The position numbers were made by a program, and so were the translations under genes. The notes under the pieces are model-generated. The model was not told the origin of the DNA and did no database searches. It worked only from the letters and a program-made list of their open reading frames with translations. DNA of 64,000 bases from an uncultured cyanobacterium. GTDB lineage: Bacteria > Cyanobacteriota > Cyanobacteriia > Cyanobacteriales > CAWCAG01. The stretch is from positions 416,001-480,000 of the forward strand of contig CAWCAG010000009.1 in the NCBI GenBank assembly GCA_963793425.1, written 5' to 3'. Of this stretch, positions 30,775-41,517 are shown one piece after another. Position 1 is the stretch's first letter; every line of letters starts with the position of its first letter.

Positions 30775-32253
30775 CTAGTTTGTCGAATTGTTATTGGAAA
30801 TTCCTGCGTTATAGACTTTCTCGTTGGCTTGAACTGATTTTGCTAAATCCACAACAGGATGAGGATAATCAACACCAATCCTAACTCCATAGCGTTTCTG
30901 TTCTTCTGGTGAAAGTTGCCAAGGTTGATGAACTTTGTTGCTAGGTACTTGTTTTAATTCCGTTAGCCAATGTTTAACATACTTACCTTGGCGATCATAA
31001 TCTTTAGACTGTTTAAGGATATTAAAGTAACGAAAACCACGGGCATCGTTACCAACACCAGCTATATAATTCCAGTTCCCCCAATTACTACAAACATCGT
31101 AGTCGATGAGTAGAGACTCAAACCATTCTGCCCCCATTTGCCAATTTATACCCAAGTTTTTGGTGAGGAAGCTAGCTACATTTTGTCGGCCTCGGTTGGA
31201 CATAAAACCTGTGGCTGCTAATTCTCGCAGATTAGCATCTACTAAAGGAAAGCCAGTTTTTCCTTCTCGCCACAGGTTGAAGCGTTGCCAATCTTCTTGC
31301 CAAGGAATGTTGATACCTTGTAAACCAGATTTAGCAAAGATGCGATTCCCATGTTTAGCGCAGATGAAACGGAAGTAATCCCGCCAGAGTAATTCAAAGA
31401 TTAACCAATAAGTAGAATCGTTAGCAACCCTTTGTGTTTCATATTTTTTAACTTCGGCATAGATGTAACGAGGGGATAAGCTACCGTTAGCTAACCAAGG
31501 AGAGAATTTAGAAGAGTAGTCTGCCCCTAACATACCGTTTCTGGTTTGTTTGTAGGAACGTAAAAGGTCTTTTTGCCAAAAGTACTCTGCTAATCTTTCT
31601 CTAGCCGCAGTTTCTCCTCCTTGAAATGGTAATACTGCTTTGGAGTCAATGGGTGTGGTTTCTAGCCCTAAACTTTCTAAGTTGGGTATTTCTCCTGTGG
31701 CAATGTTAGGGAGAGGAGGTAGCTTTTTTGGTAGGGCTACAGGAGGACGAACAGAAGTCGATTTTTCTACTTTTTTGCGAAATTGAGTAAAGACTTCCGG
31801 GAGATAACTAATTTTGAAAGGTAAGTCTTTTGGGTGGAAAAGAGTCGCTATAGGATAGGTTTTTATTTCTACTTGCAAGGCAGTTAAGGCTTTTTTCAAA
31901 GCTTTTTCTACAGCTACTTCTTCAGCAGTTACTTCTTGGTGAAAATGAACTGTAGAAATAGAAAATTCCTCTACTAAGGCGGGGATGATTTTTTCTGGCA
32001 AACCGCGACGTATAACTAAATTGCTATGATGTGATCGCCATGATTTCCTTAGATCAATTAAACTTTCTAAAAGAAATTGGGTGCGAAAAGAACCAGTTTT
32101 GGAGAAGCCAAAGGAGGTTGTAGCAAATTGTCGAGGATCGAAGCAATAAAGAGGGATTAATAAAGATGTTTCTGCTTCAGCCTCAATAGTTTTGAAAGGT
32201 GGATAATCCCCCATACGCAAGTCGTTACGATACCAAATTAAATGAGTTTTCAT
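30775..32253 (-). CDS. Cryptochrome DASH
   Basis: WYRNDLR, YKQTRNGMLGADYSSKFSPWLA, ELLWRDYF, TGFMSNRGRQNVASFL, DYDVCSNWGNW. Start ATG 32253. Confidence 0.93.
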   Translation of the reverse strand: MKTHLIWYRNDLRMGDYPPFKTIEAEAETSLLIPLYCFDPRQFATTSFGFSKTGSFRTQFLLESLIDLRKSWRSHHSNLVIRRGLPEKIIPALVEEFSISTVHFHQEVTAEEVAVEKALKKALTALQVEIKTYPIATLFHPKDLPFKISYLPEVFTQFRKKVEKSTSVRPPVALPKKLPPLPNIATGEIPNLESLGLETTPIDSKAVLPFQGGETAARERLAEYFWQKDLLRSYKQTRNGMLGADYSSKFSPWLANGSLSPRYIYAEVKKYETQRVANDSTYWLIFELLWRDYFRFICAKHGNRIFAKSGLQGINIPWQEDWQRFNLWREGKTGFPLVDANLRELAATGFMSNRGRQNVASFLTKNLGINWQMGAEWFESLLIDYDVCSNWGNWNYIAGVGNDARGFRYFNILKQSKDYDRQGKYVKHWLTELKQVPSNKVHQPWQLSPEEQKRYGVRIGVDYPHPVVDLAKSVQANEKVYNAGISNNNSTN

Positions 32254-32312
32254 TGATGTTGCAAAACAAGAGAGACGAGGAGATAAAATAATTAGCAATT
32301 AGCAATTAGCAA

Positions 32313-33014
32313 CTACCCAAGATGTTTTTCAAGAAATTCCTTAGTACGTTGATTAGCCAGGGTCGCGGCTTGTTGATCATAACTTTGTCCCCCAACCCGT
32401 GCAAAACCATGATTCACATTACTGTAGGTGTAGAGGGTTACTCCGGGGTGATAATTAAAAGCATCTATAATTAAAGCACGGGCTTCTGGGGGAACAAATT
32501 CATCTTCTTCTGCTAAATGGAGAATAGTCGGCGTTTTGATGCTAGCAAGTTCATCAAGGCTATTTTCAATTCCTACACCGTAATAACTAATATCACAATC
32601 TGTATTTGTACGGGATGCCATCAAGTAGGCAAGCTTACCTCCTAAACAATAACCAACGCTGCCAACTTTTCCGGAACAATTGGGCATACTTCTAATGGTA
32701 TTGAGAGTTACCACCAAATCATCTATACCTTTGTCTTCGCTAAAACCCTCGTACAACTCCAAAGCCTGCTGTCCTTCTGCTTCAGATTGATCGCTAAGCT
32801 GAACTCCTGGTTCTTGTCGCCAGAATAAGTCTGGTACTATGACCAGATAACCTGCCTCAGTATAGGAATCTGCTAAGTCGCGCATCACTTGGTTAACACC
32901 AAAAATTTCCTGGATCAAAATTAACCCTGGGGCAGCTTCAACGGCGGGTTTAGCTAAATAAGCCTTAAAACTGCCACCATCGACAGCTTTGATCATGATT
33001 TCTTCACTGTTCAT
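32313..33014 (-). CDS. Dienelactone hydrolase (carboxymethylenebutenolidase) family
   Basis: QEIFGVN, PDLFWR, GYCLGG, HGF. Start uncertain between 33014 and 33035. Confidence 0.92.
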   Translation of the reverse strand: MNSEEIMIKAVDGGSFKAYLAKPAVEAAPGLILIQEIFGVNQVMRDLADSYTEAGYLVIVPDLFWRQEPGVQLSDQSEAEGQQALELYEGFSEDKGIDDLVVTLNTIRSMPNCSGKVGSVGYCLGGKLAYLMASRTNTDCDISYYGVGIENSLDELASIKTPTILHLAEEDEFVPPEARALIIDAFNYHPGVTLYTYSNVNHGFARVGGQSYDQQAATLANQRTKEFLEKHLG

Positions 33015-33090
33015 ATCATTGTTTCTTTGTAACACTCTCCAGGGTCTAGGTTATAACATTTATCATTAAACATTTGTCATCTGTAGTTAT

Positions 33091-34605
33091 ATGCGTTATT
33101 CATCCTTAATTTTATTAAGTTCTTTATTACTCCTTTTTCCTCATCCCACAACAGCTAACCAGGAAATAGAAAGAGAAACTTGGTTGGTACAAAGCCGCAG
33201 TCAAGCTAACTTTTGGCCAACTTCTGAAAACTTAATTCAAAAACAACTATCCATCCTTGCCCATGTAGAAACTGCCTTCGGTAGTCCGGAATATAATCAA
33301 GTTAATTCTGCTAAGGCTAGTTTGCTTTTACATTTAGGTAAAGTGGAACGCTTCTTGAAAAGCCAGTATCCACAACCAGAGTTGTTATGCTTCAACCGCA
33401 GTGATGGTTTAATATCTCCTTCTAGCTTAAATTCTCAACAAACCCAGGTTTATTGTACTCTCTACAAGTCCTTAGTGCAGCTAGAACCCATTGTTAAGTT
33501 GCTTGAGAGGCGCTTACCTTCCCTCTCTGCTTTGGCAACTGCTGATCCCCTTCCTGCTACTAATGAAGAGTTACCGAGGGATTTGTTACGTAGTTTTCCC
33601 TTTGATTTTGATAGCCCTGTACCATCACGATTTTATCGGGTTGAAAATTTCCCTCAACAGGAAACTGTTGTTGTGGATGGGGAAAGGAAAAAGCCCATCG
33701 CAGACTACAATCCCCCCTTACAACCTGCTTTACCCGGCATTCCGGGACAAGCTGTATTAGCTTTGGAAACAACCCGTAAACAGTTGTTAGAGACTCAACC
33801 CCTTTTCCCCTACGAGGTGAAATTTCGGGAATTTGCTAACAATGAAGAAGTAATTAATGATCTTCGTTACGGACTTTTACCCCCAGAACCCAACCTTTAT
33901 GCGGAGTTTCTCCAGCAACCCAATACAGGAATTATCCACATTCTCTCAGCAGAGGCCCATAATCCTAATCGCTTAAGGAATCGTTTAAAAGACCCTGTGG
34001 TTAATCGTTTTCCCTTAGCTGCTTTAGTACCGCCTAAAAAGAAAGATTTTGTACCCCGCTTAAATCTCCAAATTCAGGGAGACAATTTTGAGGTGATGAT
34101 GCCGGGATTAAATTATGGTTTCATGGTGGATCTCGGAGATGTAGCCATGGAAAATTTAGTTCCAGAAAAGGAAGAGAATCTCTTACGCAATTTTTCTTTT
34201 CTAACTCAACCGCAAAAAGAACTGTTCTTTAACTATCGTCCCCCAGAACAAATCAAAACCATCAATGAACATAAACAACGCTTTATTTTAGGGCAGAGGG
34301 CCGCAAATTTAGGAATTTTGCCCATACCAGCAGTAACTCAATTACCAATTCAACGCAACCATACTTATTTGCTACGTTTAGTACAATACGAACTCCCGGA
34401 AGCTTTAGTTACAGGAGAAGCAATAAGAAGAAGCGATCGCCGCTATCTTTCTGAAACTTTTGATGTTCCTAGCAGTGATTTATTATTAGCATTTCGTCCT
34501 GTACATCGGCGTATTGACGGAACCTATACGGTTCTTTGGCAAGTGATTAAAGAGTTTGATGATCCGCAGATTGTGGACTTGGAAGATTATGTAGAATTGG
34601 AGTAA
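33091..34605 (+). CDS. Secreted hypothetical protein
   Basis: 504-aa ORF with an N-terminal signal peptide. No family recognised. Confidence 0.8.
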   Translation: MRYSSLILLSSLLLLFPHPTTANQEIERETWLVQSRSQANFWPTSENLIQKQLSILAHVETAFGSPEYNQVNSAKASLLLHLGKVERFLKSQYPQPELLCFNRSDGLISPSSLNSQQTQVYCTLYKSLVQLEPIVKLLERRLPSLSALATADPLPATNEELPRDLLRSFPFDFDSPVPSRFYRVENFPQQETVVVDGERKKPIADYNPPLQPALPGIPGQAVLALETTRKQLLETQPLFPYEVKFREFANNEEVINDLRYGLLPPEPNLYAEFLQQPNTGIIHILSAEAHNPNRLRNRLKDPVVNRFPLAALVPPKKKDFVPRLNLQIQGDNFEVMMPGLNYGFMVDLGDVAMENLVPEKEENLLRNFSFLTQPQKELFFNYRPPEQIKTINEHKQRFILGQRAANLGILPIPAVTQLPIQRNHTYLLRLVQYELPEALVTGEAIRRSDRRYLSETFDVPSSDLLLAFRPVHRRIDGTYTVLWQVIKEFDDPQIVDLEDYVELE

Positions 34606-34642
34606 TTCTTTTGAGTAGTCGAAAAACTTTTCAATCTGTTAT

Positions 34643-35338
34643 TCAATTACTATCAAAAAGCAACGACATCAATACTCTTCTCCATTTCTTGACTACACGA
34701 ACGTAAATTATTAAATCCCCCAAACCATCAGCAACAGCGCCAGAACAGCGAATTAATTTATTTTGCATCCTTGGGTGGAGAGAAATTGAAAGTTGTGAAT
34801 CTTTTTCAGGATGTTGTATTTTGATTGTTTCTTGATTTTGTAATTGACTCTCAATAACAACGATTTCGGTATGAAGATTTAAGGAGTCGTCATATTTATG
34901 ATAGTGATTATTTCTTATTTGAGGAGGTTGATAAACTTTGAGCAACCAAGCGATCGCGATACCCAAAAGAATCAAAATACCGAGAAATAACCACGCCAGA
35001 AAATCAGTACTTAATGCAGGAAATATCACAGATGTTAAGACTGTTAAGATTGCTGTTACTAATGGTACTGCTACGATTGCTAGTAAAGAGAGAATGCCTA
35101 CAATATAGGTATTCTTAACTTGCTTCCAAGAAATTGGAACTTTAAGAACTCTATATTTATCTACAGGAAAAAACAAAAACTTCTCAGTTATTCTCCTAGG
35201 AAATACTCGGAAAGAACGTAGAGGTACAATAGGGAAGAAAATGAAGATGATCCATTCCGTAGTAACATAGGAACCATCCTGATTAAATTCTCTTTTACCG
35301 TAGAAATTTGTTCCGATGCCATTAATGGAGAAGGGCAA
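34643..35338 (-). CDS. Hypothetical membrane protein with a possible degenerate DnaJ C-terminal domain
   Basis: TTG start with a GAGG RBS; WIIFIFFPIVPL; two TM segments; C-terminal ...LIRCSG...GLGDLIIYVRV. Confidence 0.65.
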   Translation of the reverse strand: MPFSINGIGTNFYGKREFNQDGSYVTTEWIIFIFFPIVPLRSFRVFPRRITEKFLFFPVDKYRVLKVPISWKQVKNTYIVGILSLLAIVAVPLVTAILTVLTSVIFPALSTDFLAWLFLGILILLGIAIAWLLKVYQPPQIRNNHYHKYDDSLNLHTEIVVIESQLQNQETIKIQHPEKDSQLSISLHPRMQNKLIRCSGAVADGLGDLIIYVRVVKKWRRVLMSLLFDSN

Positions 35339-35910
35339 AGTTTTGACCTCTACTTCTTCAATATTAAAAGTTAGTATAACCCCAATAAAAGAATTGCTAA
35401 GTAATCTTTATAAAAATTTGATAGGTAGAATGTTTGTCTCCCTTGTTTATCTTAAATAAAGCTCCCAGCCCCACTCCAACAGAATATTATTTTTGAGATT
35501 GAGATAGTTCTGGACTTGCCACCAAGATAACCGAAAGGGATTTTAATTGACATTAATTGTTATCTTAACTATTTCAAATTTAGTCGAAGGAGATTGACCA
35601 TCTGAACCTGTACTAAGTTTAAGTTCCACATAATCTGTATTAAACTGTTCTTAAGATAACTTTATAAAAAAGCCAACAAATTGCTAATGTTTAAATAATT
35701 AAAAGCTTAACGAGAAGAAAGAGAAGTTTTACTTATTGGTTTTAATTTAAACAAAAGTATTGCTTCTGCTTGGTACGCTTTCCTTCTTGACATGATATTC
35801 TGTATATGGTGAAAAAGGTGCGTTCTTAAAAAGCAGTTTTCAAAACTATTTTTGCCTCAAGAAGCGATTGCGCTTAGGTTCAATGTTTAATGCTTAATGC
35901 TTAATGAAAA

Positions 35911-35970
35911 GGGCGGGTTATAGGTCAAGTTTTGGTAGGGAATGGACATTAATTCAAAACAAACCCGCCC
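35911..35970. repeat. REP-like inverted repeat (GGGCGGGTT...AACCCGCCC) just downstream of pdhC
   Basis: 9-bp GC-rich arms about 42 nt apart, 6 nt after the pdhC stop. Confidence 0.55.
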
Positions 35971-35976
35971 AATCTA

Positions 35977-37257
35977 CTACAAAGTTAAAGATTGAGGATT
36001 GGTTTCAATTAAAATGGCTAAATCCTTCAAGAAAGCTGCCGCATCAGCGCCATAAATAATACGATGATCGCTAGTCATATTAACCTGCATTTGATTCTTC
36101 ACTCCCATCATGCCATCAGAAGTTGCCACAACCGTAGGACGAGATGCACCAATAGCAAGAATCGAACCCTGTCCAGGAGGGAGGATGGCATCAAAGCGAT
36201 CTACACCAAACATACCTAAATTAGAAAGGGTGAAAGTACCACTGTTATACTCTTCCGGTTGCAGTTGTTTGGAACGAGAACGGTTAACTAAATCCTTCCA
36301 AGTACGGGAAAGAGAATAAATATCCATTTCATCTGCACCTTGTAAAACGGGGGTAATCAACCCTCCATCAGGCATCGCTACTGCTACAGCAACGTTAATT
36401 CCTGAACTATATTGAATCGCTTGTTCCCCATAACTGGCATTAACCACAGGATGATTTTTTAAGGTAACAGCTACGGCTTTGGCTAACAAGGCAGTCATAG
36501 TAACTCCCTTGGGTTTAATTTGTTTATAAAGCTTATCTAACTCGTTGGTGGTGATGGTATAACCAACTCGGAATACAGGAGTTTGCAAACTCGCCAACAT
36601 ATTATTAACCACAGCCTTTTGCATGGTATTCATCGCTACCTGTTCCCCCGCAACAACGGCAGGATTAGGGGTTTGAGGGGCTACTGTAGTTACGGTTGGG
36701 GTAGGAGGTGTAGCAACGGGAGTAGGAGAGGCTGAAGGTGCAGCAGCAGGTTTGCCAACAGCAGATTCCACATCAGTAGCCACAATTCTTCCATAAGGAC
36801 CGCTACCTTGCAAGCCCTTGAGTTCAACTCCTAATTGTTTAGCCAATTTACGGGCGCGAGGAGAGGCAACAGTACGGCCATTCTGATTAGCGGTCGAGGT
36901 TGTAGCCGGGGCAGCCGAAACTTCTATTGGGGCAGGCTTAGAGGCTTCTGGAGTGGCAGTCTTAGTTGCAGTGGGGGCAGAAGCACTAGCCTGTTGTTTT
37001 GCTGCCTCAATCTCTTCTTGAGTTTCTGCTAATAAGGCGATCGCATTTCCTACGGGGGCATCATCTCCTGCGGCGACGATAATAGTTGCCAAATAACCTT
37101 CATAGAAAGATTCAACGTCCATATCGGCTTTATCCGATTCAACAACCACCACGGTTTCACCTTTCTCCACTTTATCTCCTGGGGATTTTTCCCAAGAAAC
37201 AATTTTACCTTCGGTCATGGTGGAACTCAGGGCGGGCATGAAAATTTCGTGGATCAT
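35977..37257 (-). CDS. pdhC: Pyruvate dehydrogenase E2 (dihydrolipoamide acetyltransferase)
   Basis: MPALSSTMTEGK, ESDKADM (lipoyl Lys), ASPRARKLA, GTFTLSNLGMFG, DHRIIYG. Start ATG 37257. Confidence 0.97.
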   Translation of the reverse strand: MIHEIFMPALSSTMTEGKIVSWEKSPGDKVEKGETVVVVESDKADMDVESFYEGYLATIIVAAGDDAPVGNAIALLAETQEEIEAAKQQASASAPTATKTATPEASKPAPIEVSAAPATTSTANQNGRTVASPRARKLAKQLGVELKGLQGSGPYGRIVATDVESAVGKPAAAPSASPTPVATPPTPTVTTVAPQTPNPAVVAGEQVAMNTMQKAVVNNMLASLQTPVFRVGYTITTNELDKLYKQIKPKGVTMTALLAKAVAVTLKNHPVVNASYGEQAIQYSSGINVAVAVAMPDGGLITPVLQGADEMDIYSLSRTWKDLVNRSRSKQLQPEEYNSGTFTLSNLGMFGVDRFDAILPPGQGSILAIGASRPTVVATSDGMMGVKNQMQVNMTSDHRIIYGADAAAFLKDLAILIETNPQSLTL

Positions 37258-37452
37258 GGGGCGGTTTTCCGAGTTGAGGTAAGTAAGGTTAAACAATTAA
37301 AACCAGATCGTATTTTATCTCGATCTGGCTTTAATTGGTGAAGACGGGAGCAGTTGTCAAACTTAATCCCTATTAGCAATTAGCCGTTAGCCGTTAGCCA
37401 TTAAACATAATCAATGTTCAATGTTTAATGTTTAATGAGCAATAATCAATGT

Positions 37453-37902
37453 TCAAATGTCCCCACGAATTTCTTCTACAACTCCGTCACGAACCAATAT
37501 TTCGACGTTTAACTTAGAAACGAGGTTATCTCCTACTTCAAGGCGAAAAAAGCTTTCCATTTGTCCTTGGGCGACTTCTTGGTCTAATTCTAAAACCTGT
37601 ATTTGTTGCAGTTGCTGAAGAAACTGATTTTTTTGTTCAAGTATTTCACTCTTTTTTTGATTAACCTGGTTTTGAATACTATCAATTTGCTGATTAACTT
37701 GGGGACCGGGGGGTTGGATGCTTTGTTTTTTGATTTCGGCGATCGCCTTTTGCCCTTGCATATCCAACTGTTGGAGTTGATTATCAATTTTATTGATTTG
37801 GTCTTGCAGTTGTCGCTGCACTTCTTCTTTCCACCGGGGTGTAACAATTACTTTAAGGTTAATTGGGCGCTTTAATAGTAAATTTGATTTAGTTTCATCC
37901 AT
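37453..37902 (-). CDS. YlqD family protein
   Basis: LKRPINLKVIVTPRWKEE, Gln-rich coiled coil, ILVRDGVVEEIRG. Confidence 0.85.
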   Translation of the reverse strand: MDETKSNLLLKRPINLKVIVTPRWKEEVQRQLQDQINKIDNQLQQLDMQGQKAIAEIKKQSIQPPGPQVNQQIDSIQNQVNQKKSEILEQKNQFLQQLQQIQVLELDQEVAQGQMESFFRLEVGDNLVSKLNVEILVRDGVVEEIRGDI

Positions 37903-37979
37903 TAGTTTGTATCCTTTGTAATCATTTTCGAGGTGGTGATTGGCAACTGGTCTAAATCAACCAGTAACCAAACAATTGC

Positions 37980-39929
37980 TCAATTAAACATTCCGTCAAT
38001 CATATCGCGATAGCGTTCCCTGGCAACGGGACGGCGAATTTTTAGGGTTTGGGTCATCAGACCGTTTTCCTGGGAAAATGGTTCTAGAATAAGCTTGAAA
38101 GGGCCGATGCGGTCATCGGAGCGATAGCCTGGACGATCTTTGACCTCTCGGTTTAACTCTTGCCTGATCAACTTACCTACTTCTTCAACTTCATTCAGGT
38201 CAATTTTCGCTTCCTGATGAGATTCGGGTATTTCTAGAGAAAGGTTTTCTCGCACCGCCCATTGTTGTAGTGCTTCTAGGTTAGGAACAATTAAAGCCCC
38301 CAGGGAACGTTGATCTTGCCCTAATAACATAATTTGGTCTATATAAGCACTTCTGGCACAAGCATCTTCGATAGGTTGGGGTTCGATGTTTTCTCCGTTG
38401 GTAAGTACTATCGTATCTTTAGACCTTCCCGTGAGGACAATGTTATTGTTGGGGGTCAAAAAACCTAAGTCTCCGGTATCAAACCAACCTTCAGCATCAA
38501 TAGCTTTGGTGGTAGCTTCAGGTTTTTTGTAGTAGCCCTGCATAATCTGAGGTCCCCTGACTAAAACTAAGCCTTGTTGCCCTGTAGGTAATTCCTGACG
38601 GGTGGTGAGATCAACAATGCGAGTTTCTGTACCTGGTATGGGTAACCCCGAAGAGTAACGTAGATTTCCCCATAAGCGACGGGCATGGGTAACAGGAGAA
38701 GTTTCTGTCAAACCGTAACCAACGAGAATAGGGACTTCAACGATTTCAAAAAAGTCTTCTAAATGTCTGGGTAAAGAGCCGCCACCGCTAATAATTGCTT
38801 TGAATTCTCCTCCTGTAGCTTGGCGAACTTTTTCATAAACAATTTTTTTACCTAAACTATGAACAGGAAGTAGTAATAAAGATTTAATTTTGGCGCTGAA
38901 ACGTTCCCAACCAGAATATTGAGATTTTTTTATACATAGTCCTGCTGCCACCCTTTTAGCAAGGATATATTCTTGGGAAACTTTAAAAAAGAAGTTAATT
39001 AATTTTTGCTTGCTTTCTGGTTGTTGTCGAAACTGTTTTTGTACCCCTTCATAAATAGATTCCCATAACCGAGGTACAGCCACCATATAATTAGGTTTAA
39101 TTTTTTGTAGGTCTGTTTTAATGGAGCGTTTATTCGTATAAAATTGTGTACAACCTTGAGAAAGGAAAAAGTATTCAGCGCTGCGTTCGTAGGTATGCCA
39201 AGTGGGAAGAATGCTTAAAACCCTGTCACCGGCTTGGGGTTGGATCACTGTCCCCAAAGTAGTAACTTGGTGGAGGAGGTTATTATGGGAAAGCATTACC
39301 CCTTTTGGTTTGCCTGTTGTTCCGGAGGTATAAAGTAAGGTAGCTAAGTCGCTTCTTTTTTTGGGAATAAGTTCAAAATCATAACTTTCTCCGGCAGCCA
39401 TTACTTGAGAGAAATTAAGAATTTTATCAGGGGTTTCTTCAGTAATAGTTTCATCGGAGAGTAAGACAATAAAATCCAAATTAAAATTAGCAATTTCTGG
39501 TTGTAATTGAGCCAAAGCCTTTTTGTTTTCAATAATTAAACTCTGGCTATCACTATCTTCAAGAATATAAAGTAATTCTTGGGAATCTGCCTGGGAAGAA
39601 CGAGCAACATTAGAAGCCCCAGCCATCATACTACCTTGGTCAGCAATAAACCACCGAGGACTATTATCAGCAAATAGAGCTAGCCGAGAATTACCATTAA
39701 TGCCTAAACTCTGTAAACCGGCGGCAAATTGTTTTAATTGCTGGTATAACTCCCTATAGGTTAAAACAACCTCTGGTTTGCTATGGAGGTCATGAAGAGC
39801 TACAGTATCAGCAAACTTTTGGGCTGCTAAGAGCCAAACTTCTGGGAGATATTCTACAGAAAAGTAATCTGCCATACCTCGAAGCAAGTTTTGTTCGTGG
39901 GGGGTAAGTTTAATCCTGTCGGGTAACAT
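37980..39929 (-). CDS. aas: Long-chain acyl-ACP/CoA synthetase
   Basis: YTSGTTGKPKG, GYGLTETSP, WFDTGDLG, GRSKDTIVLTNGENIEP, TQTLKIRR. Confidence 0.9.
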   Translation of the reverse strand: MLPDRIKLTPHEQNLLRGMADYFSVEYLPEVWLLAAQKFADTVALHDLHSKPEVVLTYRELYQQLKQFAAGLQSLGINGNSRLALFADNSPRWFIADQGSMMAGASNVARSSQADSQELLYILEDSDSQSLIIENKKALAQLQPEIANFNLDFIVLLSDETITEETPDKILNFSQVMAAGESYDFELIPKKRSDLATLLYTSGTTGKPKGVMLSHNNLLHQVTTLGTVIQPQAGDRVLSILPTWHTYERSAEYFFLSQGCTQFYTNKRSIKTDLQKIKPNYMVAVPRLWESIYEGVQKQFRQQPESKQKLINFFFKVSQEYILAKRVAAGLCIKKSQYSGWERFSAKIKSLLLLPVHSLGKKIVYEKVRQATGGEFKAIISGGGSLPRHLEDFFEIVEVPILVGYGLTETSPVTHARRLWGNLRYSSGLPIPGTETRIVDLTTRQELPTGQQGLVLVRGPQIMQGYYKKPEATTKAIDAEGWFDTGDLGFLTPNNNIVLTGRSKDTIVLTNGENIEPQPIEDACARSAYIDQIMLLGQDQRSLGALIVPNLEALQQWAVRENLSLEIPESHQEAKIDLNEVEEVGKLIRQELNREVKDRPGYRSDDRIGPFKLILEPFSQENGLMTQTLKIRRPVARERYRDMIDGMFN

Positions 39930-40104
39930 AATTAATTTGAACTTATGGTTATTTAGTTCCTACCATATCTTCCCAGCAGTCAAAAAGGGAGCATGGGACA
40001 GACACCTTTACTTTTGTCTTTATGCCAGTGTACGACAGTAAGATTGGCATAATCTTGAATTATGTTGAAGAATTAAATTTCTGTAACGAAAAGGAGCAAC
40101 TACC

Positions 40105-40521
40105 ATGAATTCATTACCCCCTTATGTTTCCTATCTTGGTATTGGCGTTGCAGCAATCCTGGGTCTAATTGTGATTATTTGGGCTATTCTTGCTGCAAGG
40201 GTTTTTATGCTTACAAAAGGGCTTCCCAAGGTAATTACCGCTTTTTTTGCTTTGATAGTGGAAGGTGAAATCGACGAAGCATACCAGTCTACTACCAATG
40301 ATTTTAGAGCCAAAATACCGAAAAAGAAGTTTATTAAATTGATTAAAAATAACAAATTTAAACAATTTAAACGCACAACTATGGCTATGCCCAAGGTAGA
40401 AGGGGAGCGGGAAATTATTGATGTTACCTTAATCCTTAATTCTGGTCGAGAAATCCTTCTAGAAATGGCTTTTGCTAAAAAAGGTAAAGTTTGGAGAATT
40501 GATGATTTAAAGAAGAAGTGA
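40105..40521 (+). CDS. Membrane-anchored hypothetical protein (DUF4864/NTF2-like)
   Basis: AAGGAG RBS, N-terminal TM, AYQSTTNDFR and WRIDD pattern. Confidence 0.65.
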   Translation: MNSLPPYVSYLGIGVAAILGLIVIIWAILAARVFMLTKGLPKVITAFFALIVEGEIDEAYQSTTNDFRAKIPKKKFIKLIKNNKFKQFKRTTMAMPKVEGEREIIDVTLILNSGREILLEMAFAKKGKVWRIDDLKKK

Positions 40522-40543
40522 TTCAACTTCAAACTTCAACCAA

Positions 40544-41374
40544 CTAAACCACTGTTCCTGTTAAAGGAGAACTAGCAGTAGCATAAGCTTTAATGGGAAT
40601 GCGTCCAGATAAATAAGCTAACCTCCCCGCTTCTGTTGCCAAACCCATCGCTTTAGCCATCGCTACCGGATTCTTAGCTAAGGCGATCCCGCTATTAATT
40701 AGTAAAGCATCTGCCCCCAATTCCATAGCATAGGCAGCCTCACTAGGACTACCAATTCCTGCATCTACTACCACCGGAATTTTGGCTTCTTCAATAATAA
40801 TTTCAATATTGGCAGCGTTTTTAATGCCCTGTCCCGAACCAATAGGAGAACCCAAAGGCATAACTGTTACACATCCCGCTTCCTCTAAACGCTTGGCTAA
40901 AAGAGGGTCTGCGTTAATATAGGGTAGCACAGCAAAGTCTTCTTTAACTAACTGTTCTGCTGCTTCTAAAGTACCAATAGGATCAGGAAGTAGATATTTA
41001 GGATCGGGAATTACTTCTAATTTGACAAAATTATTATCTTCTTGACCTAATAATTTAGCCATTTCTCGTCCCAAACGAGCCACCCTTACGGCTTCTTCAG
41101 GGGTTTGACAGCCCGCTGTATTCGGTAACATCCACACTTTTTGCCAATCTAAGGCTTCTGCTAACCCTTCATGTCCTGGTGCTTTGGTTTGAACTCGTCG
41201 CACCGCAACAGTAACTATTTCGCAGGCACTAGCAGTAATACTTTGTTGCATATATTCTAGGTTGGCATACTTACCCGTACCCGTCATCAAACGAGAGGAA
41301 AAGCTACGGCCAGCAATGGTTAGTACATCATCATTGCCTATGGTTGCGGTAGGAAAAATCGTCAGGGAAGGCAT
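40544..41374 (-). CDS. thiG: Thiazole synthase
   Basis: [46 protein letters not shown]. Confidence 0.97.
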   Translation of the reverse strand: MPSLTIFPTATIGNDDVLTIAGRSFSSRLMTGTGKYANLEYMQQSITASACEIVTVAVRRVQTKAPGHEGLAEALDWQKVWMLPNTAGCQTPEEAVRVARLGREMAKLLGQEDNNFVKLEVIPDPKYLLPDPIGTLEAAEQLVKEDFAVLPYINADPLLAKRLEEAGCVTVMPLGSPIGSGQGIKNAANIEIIIEEAKIPVVVDAGIGSPSEAAYAMELGADALLINSGIALAKNPVAMAKAMGLATEAGRLAYLSGRIPIKAYATASSPLTGTVV

Positions 41375-41446
41375 AATTAAAATTGCTAATAGCTAATAGC
41401 TAATTGCTAATTGGAGAAATGTTAGTAAAGTCGATTAATAAAAATT

Positions 41447-41495
41447 AGAAAGTATGAATTCAAGACTAATTTAAGATGCTCAATTCATACTTTCT
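41447..41495. other. 14-bp perfect inverted repeat upstream of thiG (hairpin or possible terminator)
   Basis: AGAAAGTATGAATT (41447-41460) / AATTCATACTTTCT (41482-41495), 21-nt spacer. Confidence 0.6.
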
Positions 41496-41517
41496 CTAGT
41501 TAGATATTTTAAGAAAA

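Noticed and set aside
35339..35910. Long AT-rich gap examined for a hidden gene or ncRNA
   Set aside because: Only short open frames with no recognisable similarity or convincing structure.
41375..41517. TPP riboswitch upstream of thiG
   Set aside because: AT-rich with no CTGAGA core on the coding strand; only a plain inverted repeat.
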